Of a stretch of DNA of 64,000 nucleotides, positions 60,002 through 64,000 are shown piece by piece. The translations under genes and the position numbers were made by a program. Numbering within the stretch: position 1 is the stretch's first letter; each line of letters starts with the position of its first letter. Source of the stretch: an uncultured Verrucomicrobiae bacterium (GTDB lineage: Bacteria > Verrucomicrobiota > Verrucomicrobiia > Chthoniobacterales > JAFAMB01); NCBI GenBank assembly GCA_963762565.1, contig CAVXLD010000007.1:160001-224000 (forward strand). The letters run 5' to 3'. The notes under the pieces are model-generated. The model searched no databases. It was not told the DNA's origin and was given only the letters and a program-made list of their open reading frames with translations.

Positions 60002-60131
60002 GAACTCGCCTTAGGCTCGTCCGGCATGACCAATAGCCGATAGCCGATAGCCAATGGACCTGGGTAGTGCAGAGCGCGTTTGGCTATCGGCTATTGGCTA
60101 TTGGTCATGCCGGACGAGCCTAAGCGAGTTC
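60002..60131. repeat. Composite inverted-repeat element E with TAGCCRA arms
   Basis: Near-perfect long hairpin GAACTCGCCTTAGGCTCGTCCGGCATGACCAATAGCC.../...GGCTATTGGTCATGCCGGACGAGCCTAAGCGAGTTC. Confidence 0.85.
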
Positions 60132-60133
60132 GG

Positions 60134-61165
60134 CTACGGTACCAGACTTACCTTTACCGATTGGCTCTTGTCGGATGCGATGGTGAACGCGTCGAGGGCT
60201 GACTTAAGCGGTACGCGGTGGGTGATCAGTGGCTGTACATTGATCCGGCCTTTTTCCAAAAGGCGGACCGCCGTTATGTACTCCTGATAGAATCGAAAGG
60301 TGCCTACTAGTTCGAGTTCTTTGGCAAGGACGCGCCCGAGAGGGAGTTGGGCTGCGGAGAGCATCCCGATCTGCACCATGCGGCCGCCAGGGGCCAGCGA
60401 TTCAAGGCAATTTATCATCGCGGGCACGGCGCCTGAGGCTTCCAAAGCGACATCAAATTCACCTTGGTCGCTCACCGCTTGTTTAAGGGCATCGGAGTTC
60501 TCCGCTACGTTAAGGGCGTAGTCCATGTCCAATTCCAAAGCCAGTTTAAGGGGCGATGGAAACCGATCGGTAATGGTGATCTCCAGAGCGCCGGCGAAAC
60601 GGGCGGCAACTCCGGCCAAAAGACCGATTGGTCCTGCCCCGGTGATCAAGACTCTCTTCGAATTGAGATTTCCTGCTTGGTTAACGGCATGCAAGACCAC
60701 TGCTAATGGTTCAGCACAGGCTACCTCAGGAAAGGAAATCTCTGTCGTGAGAGGAACACACTGCGATTCAGCAGCCACGAAAAACTCAGCAAAACCTCCC
60801 TGAACATGGGGGTAGCGGGATGCACTACCGAAAAAATAAACGTTGGTGCAAAGGTTACCACGCCCGGATCGGCATTGTGCACAAACGCCACAGTAACGAG
60901 CCGGATTGACCGCGATCCGCTGCCCAGGTTTCAGTGACGAGACACCAGGTCCGCATTTCACAATCTCGCCGGCGACTTCGTGACCAAGTGTCATTGGTTG
61001 CTTGATTTTGAAGTCGGCGACTCCGCCTTCGTGAAAGTAATGTAGATCGGATCCGCAGATTCCTCCTGCACCCAACCGGACTAAGACCTCGTTCGGTCCA
61101 GGTTCGGGAATATCTTTATTTTCTAAGCGAAGATCGTGTGCACCGTGGATGACGCAGGACAACAT
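60134..61165 (-). CDS. idnD: L-idonate 5-dehydrogenase (Zn-dependent MDR)
   Basis: GGICGSDLHY, GHE, four structural Cys, FFGSA..PHVQGGF; divergent from gluconate 5-dehydrogenase. Confidence 0.85.
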   Translation of the reverse strand: MLSCVIHGAHDLRLENKDIPEPGPNEVLVRLGAGGICGSDLHYFHEGGVADFKIKQPMTLGHEVAGEIVKCGPGVSSLKPGQRIAVNPARYCGVCAQCRSGRGNLCTNVYFFGSASRYPHVQGGFAEFFVAAESQCVPLTTEISFPEVACAEPLAVVLHAVNQAGNLNSKRVLITGAGPIGLLAGVAARFAGALEITITDRFPSPLKLALELDMDYALNVAENSDALKQAVSDQGEFDVALEASGAVPAMINCLESLAPGGRMVQIGMLSAAQLPLGRVLAKELELVGTFRFYQEYITAVRLLEKGRINVQPLITHRVPLKSALDAFTIASDKSQSVKVSLVP

Positions 61166-61233
61166 AGAAGATGGTGAAAGGTGGATTGGTGATTGGTGAT
61201 TGGTGAAAGGAGGTAGGAGCTAGAATCTAGGAG

Positions 61234-61529
61234 CTAGTGTCCTGTCCCATAAGTAACATGGCTTTCGCCGTCGGTCAGTTGGCTGTTTTTCAAGGCGCGA
61301 GCGAAGCGCCCATATCTGGTTCATACGGGTCGAGCGAGCAACGCAGAAAAACAGCCAACTGGCCACGGCCCGGAGGGTTGCGATGAAAATGGGCCGGCGG
61401 CTGCGTTGCTCGTCGGTTACGTATCGATCTAGATATGCGCCCTCTACCGCCAGTCCGGCTCGGACCGCCTTGCCGGCGGCCCATTTTGATCGCAACGAAA
61501 GCCACGTTATTTATGGGACAGGACACTAG
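61234..61529. mobile_element. MITE (~296 bp) with ~34-bp imperfect terminal inverted repeats
   Basis: CTAGTGTCCTGTCCCATAAGTAACATGGCTTTCG ... CGAAAGCCACGTTATTTATGGGACAGGACACTAG; no transposase. Confidence 0.8.
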
Positions 61530-61631
61530 AGGGGGGATCGCAAATGGCGCGTTGTTCGCGTTTTTTCTGCCTTGGCAGTTTCATTCTAGCTCCTAGATTC
61601 TAGCTCCTAGCTCCTAGCTCCTTTAATCATC

Positions 61632-62390
61632 GTGTTCCTATTCGACCTTTCTCACCGTCGTATTCTTGTCACTGGCTCTAATGCCGGCCTCGGGTTTGCC
61701 ATCGCTCGTGGTCTCGCCCAGCATGGCGCAGGAGTAATCTTGAACGGTCGTAACCCGAACAGGCTTCGATCTGCTGCCGATCTACTGAGAAAAGAAGGGT
61801 ATGCGGTCGAAGAAGCTCGATTTGACGTCACTAACGAAGGCGAGATCCAGCCAGCGATTGCGGAACTTTCTGCGAACGCGCCCATCGATGTCCTGATCAA
61901 TAACGCAGGGATCCAGCGACGGGTGCGCCTGGACGAAATCTCTCTTGAGACTTGGTCGGAGGTGATTCAAACCAATTTGACCAGCGCAATGCTGGTCTCC
62001 CGTGAGGTGGTTAAAGGCATGATCGCGCGTAAGAGGGGAAAGATCATCAATATCTGTTCGGTGATGAGCGATTTCGCGCGGACTACCACGGGACCGTACA
62101 CCGCCGCAAAAGGGGGCCTCAAGATGCTAACGAAGGTGATGTGCGCGGACTGGGCGCAGTTTAACATTCAAATCAACGCGATTGGACCCGGCTATTTCAT
62201 CACCGAGATGACGCAGGTGCTGGCGGATAATCCGGACTTCGACGCCTGGGTCAAACAACGGACACCCGCGAAACGCTGGGGCATACCTTCTGAGCTGGTC
62301 GGGGCAGCAGTCTTCCTCAGCAGCGATGCTTCTTCGTTCGTAAACGGACAGATTTTGTATATCGACGGTGGGATGACGGCGGCGTTGTAG
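61632..62390 (+). CDS. idnO: Gluconate 5-dehydrogenase (SDR)
   Basis: LFDLS..ILVTGS..GLG, NNAGIQRR, YTAAKGGLKMLTK, GPGYF.TEM. Confidence 0.88.
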   Translation: MFLFDLSHRRILVTGSNAGLGFAIARGLAQHGAGVILNGRNPNRLRSAADLLRKEGYAVEEARFDVTNEGEIQPAIAELSANAPIDVLINNAGIQRRVRLDEISLETWSEVIQTNLTSAMLVSREVVKGMIARKRGKIINICSVMSDFARTTTGPYTAAKGGLKMLTKVMCADWAQFNIQINAIGPGYFITEMTQVLADNPDFDAWVKQRTPAKRWGIPSELVGAAVFLSSDASSFVNGQILYIDGGMTAAL

Positions 62391-62722
62391 GGGACATGGC
62401 TGAAGGGCGAATGGGCTACAGGTGCGAAAGGGTGAAAGGTGAAAGGTGAAAGGTCGGAAGGGCGCGTCGATGCCATGGAGGCGCGACTGTCCGGCGTAGC
62501 TAAAGGCCCTTGAATCCCGATTTTCACAGAAAGATCACAAAGGCCACGAAGACACAGGTGTGAACTACGGGCACCTCTTTCAAGGCGCATTTGTTAATCG
62601 CGTAACCCAGGGCCGAAAGCTTTCGGCCCTGGGCTGTTCTGTATAGCCGCTTCGCGGCAAGGCTTATCTCACTTTTGGTATCGGCTATTGGCCATTGATC
62701 GCTCAGATGCGAGTCCGTTGAT

Positions 62723-63718
62723 ATGCTGGACTACAACACAAAGTTTGATCGGCGAGTGTCGACGACAGTTTTCGATGAGAAAGAGATTCGTGAACTAGTC
62801 AGTTCGCGGCTGAACTCTTCTGAAATCGAATCGGTCTCATTGCTGGCCGGCGGTTTTATGAATTCGAATTACCGGCTCAGGCTCAGAGATAACGCTTCTC
62901 TGGTTTTGAGAATCTCTGCTAGAAGCGCTGATTTAAAGAAAGAGCTAAGCGTACTGAAACATGTGCACGGCAGAGTTTCTGTTCCGACGGTCGTTGCCGA
63001 AGATTTTTCCGAACCACATCCTTTCGCTTTGATTGAGTTTATCGAAGGAACGCTGTTCGCCGATGGCCTGCGTTCGGTGGCTACCGAAGATCTGATAAAA
63101 CTGGTGGCCGAGGCCGGGACTGCTCTTCAAGCCATCCATTCATTCAACTTGGGCAAGGCCGGCTTCTTTGACGAAAATTTTGCGTTCAATCCGGTCTTTG
63201 AGAATTTCGGTGGTAGTCTTTACGAGTATATCTGTTCGAGCCTCGCTTCTGGCCAGGTTCGAGAAAGGCTAGGGGCACGCTTGGCCGAGCGTACGCTGCA
63301 ATGCGTGCAGTCCAAACGAGAGATTTACTCGTCGATTCCAAACTCAACGCGACTCATCCATTGTGACTACAACCTGAAGAACATTCTGATCCGGAAGATT
63401 GGCTCGGCTTGGAGAGTAGTGGGAATCCTGGACTGGGAGTTCGCCATTTCGGGTTCGCCTTTGGTGGACATCGGAAATTTCTTGCGGTTCGAAGATGAAT
63501 TACCACCGGGATTTAGTGAGGCGTTTGTCAGGGGATACGTTTCGGGTTCAATCGGCTTGCCGAGCAATTGGAGGGAAGTTGCCCGGCTTCTTGATCTAGC
63601 GGCTATGATGAATTTCCTGGAGGGTAAAGAAGAGGCTCCCAAAACGTTTCGCACCGCCATGTCTGTGGTCGCAAAGACGGTCGAGTCGGTAGGGCGAGGC
63701 TCCCGAAAGGCCGAATGA
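62723..63718 (+). CDS. Aminoglycoside phosphotransferase/kinase-like protein
   Basis: GG.MNSNY, LIHCDYN.KNIL, ILDWE. Confidence 0.85.
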   Translation: MLDYNTKFDRRVSTTVFDEKEIRELVSSRLNSSEIESVSLLAGGFMNSNYRLRLRDNASLVLRISARSADLKKELSVLKHVHGRVSVPTVVAEDFSEPHPFALIEFIEGTLFADGLRSVATEDLIKLVAEAGTALQAIHSFNLGKAGFFDENFAFNPVFENFGGSLYEYICSSLASGQVRERLGARLAERTLQCVQSKREIYSSIPNSTRLIHCDYNLKNILIRKIGSAWRVVGILDWEFAISGSPLVDIGNFLRFEDELPPGFSEAFVRGYVSGSIGLPSNWREVARLLDLAAMMNFLEGKEEAPKTFRTAMSVVAKTVESVGRGSRKAE

Positions 63719-63893
63719 GTTATCAGGGGAATCGGCTGAACCTTTCTCAACTGCGAGCAACATCGGTGGACGTGCCGAGCCGTGGCTCATCGCGAACCAC
63801 GGCTCGGCGGGCATTTCGTTCTAATCACGCGCTGTCAGCGACGACCTGCCAATGACGCTGTGAAATGCGTGGGTCTCTCGGGAGCCTCGCCAT
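63688..63893. repeat. Split REP-like element, copy 5 (overlaps kinase 3' end)
   Basis: Spacers 70 and 72 nt. Confidence 0.75.
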
Positions 63894-64000
63894 CTGCAAA
63901 TTACTGATTACTGATTCACTGATTACTGATTACTCTTCCCCGATGGATCTGATCTTCAGGCACGCAAACCTTCCGGACGGTCGCATAAATATTGATGTCG

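Noticed and set aside
45370..63893. CRISPR interpretation of constant-length spacers in split REP elements
   Set aside because: Motifs are inverted and dispersed, with only two spacers each; there is no direct-repeat array and no cas gene

Overview
Bacterial chromosomal window of moderately high GC. Gene content and repeat style suggest a soil Verrucomicrobiota (Chthoniobacterales-like) genome; this is an inference, not a database result. The left third is accessory DNA. It holds a heavy-metal resistance block (two MerR-family regulators with clear operators, a P1B ATPase, ArsR/ArsC, an ECF sigma factor, CadD), followed by two tandem islands. These islands are delimited by three copies of tRNA-Glu(CTC): two lack the 3' acceptor strand and one is intact, so the 5' part plus upstream DNA is what was duplicated. 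Island cargo is an ADOP-type ABC permease, toxin-antitoxin remnants, CobW-type metallochaperones, MntH/Usp/DtxR and a TonB-dependent receptor; no integrase is visible. The remainder is more core-like: hflK/hflC, TPR and BON proteins, maf, ArnT-like and PAP2 genes, prfB with its programmed frameshift, a GrrA/GrrM-type (triceptide) rSAM RiPP pair, an FNT channel with nirA, a large uncharacterised sugar-catabolism cluster, an S41 protease and idnD/idnO. Intergenic DNA is dense with structured repeats: REP-like elements split by ~70-nt spacers of fixed length but unrelated sequence, polar inverted-repeat elements carrying interchangeable heptamer arrays, and a MITE.
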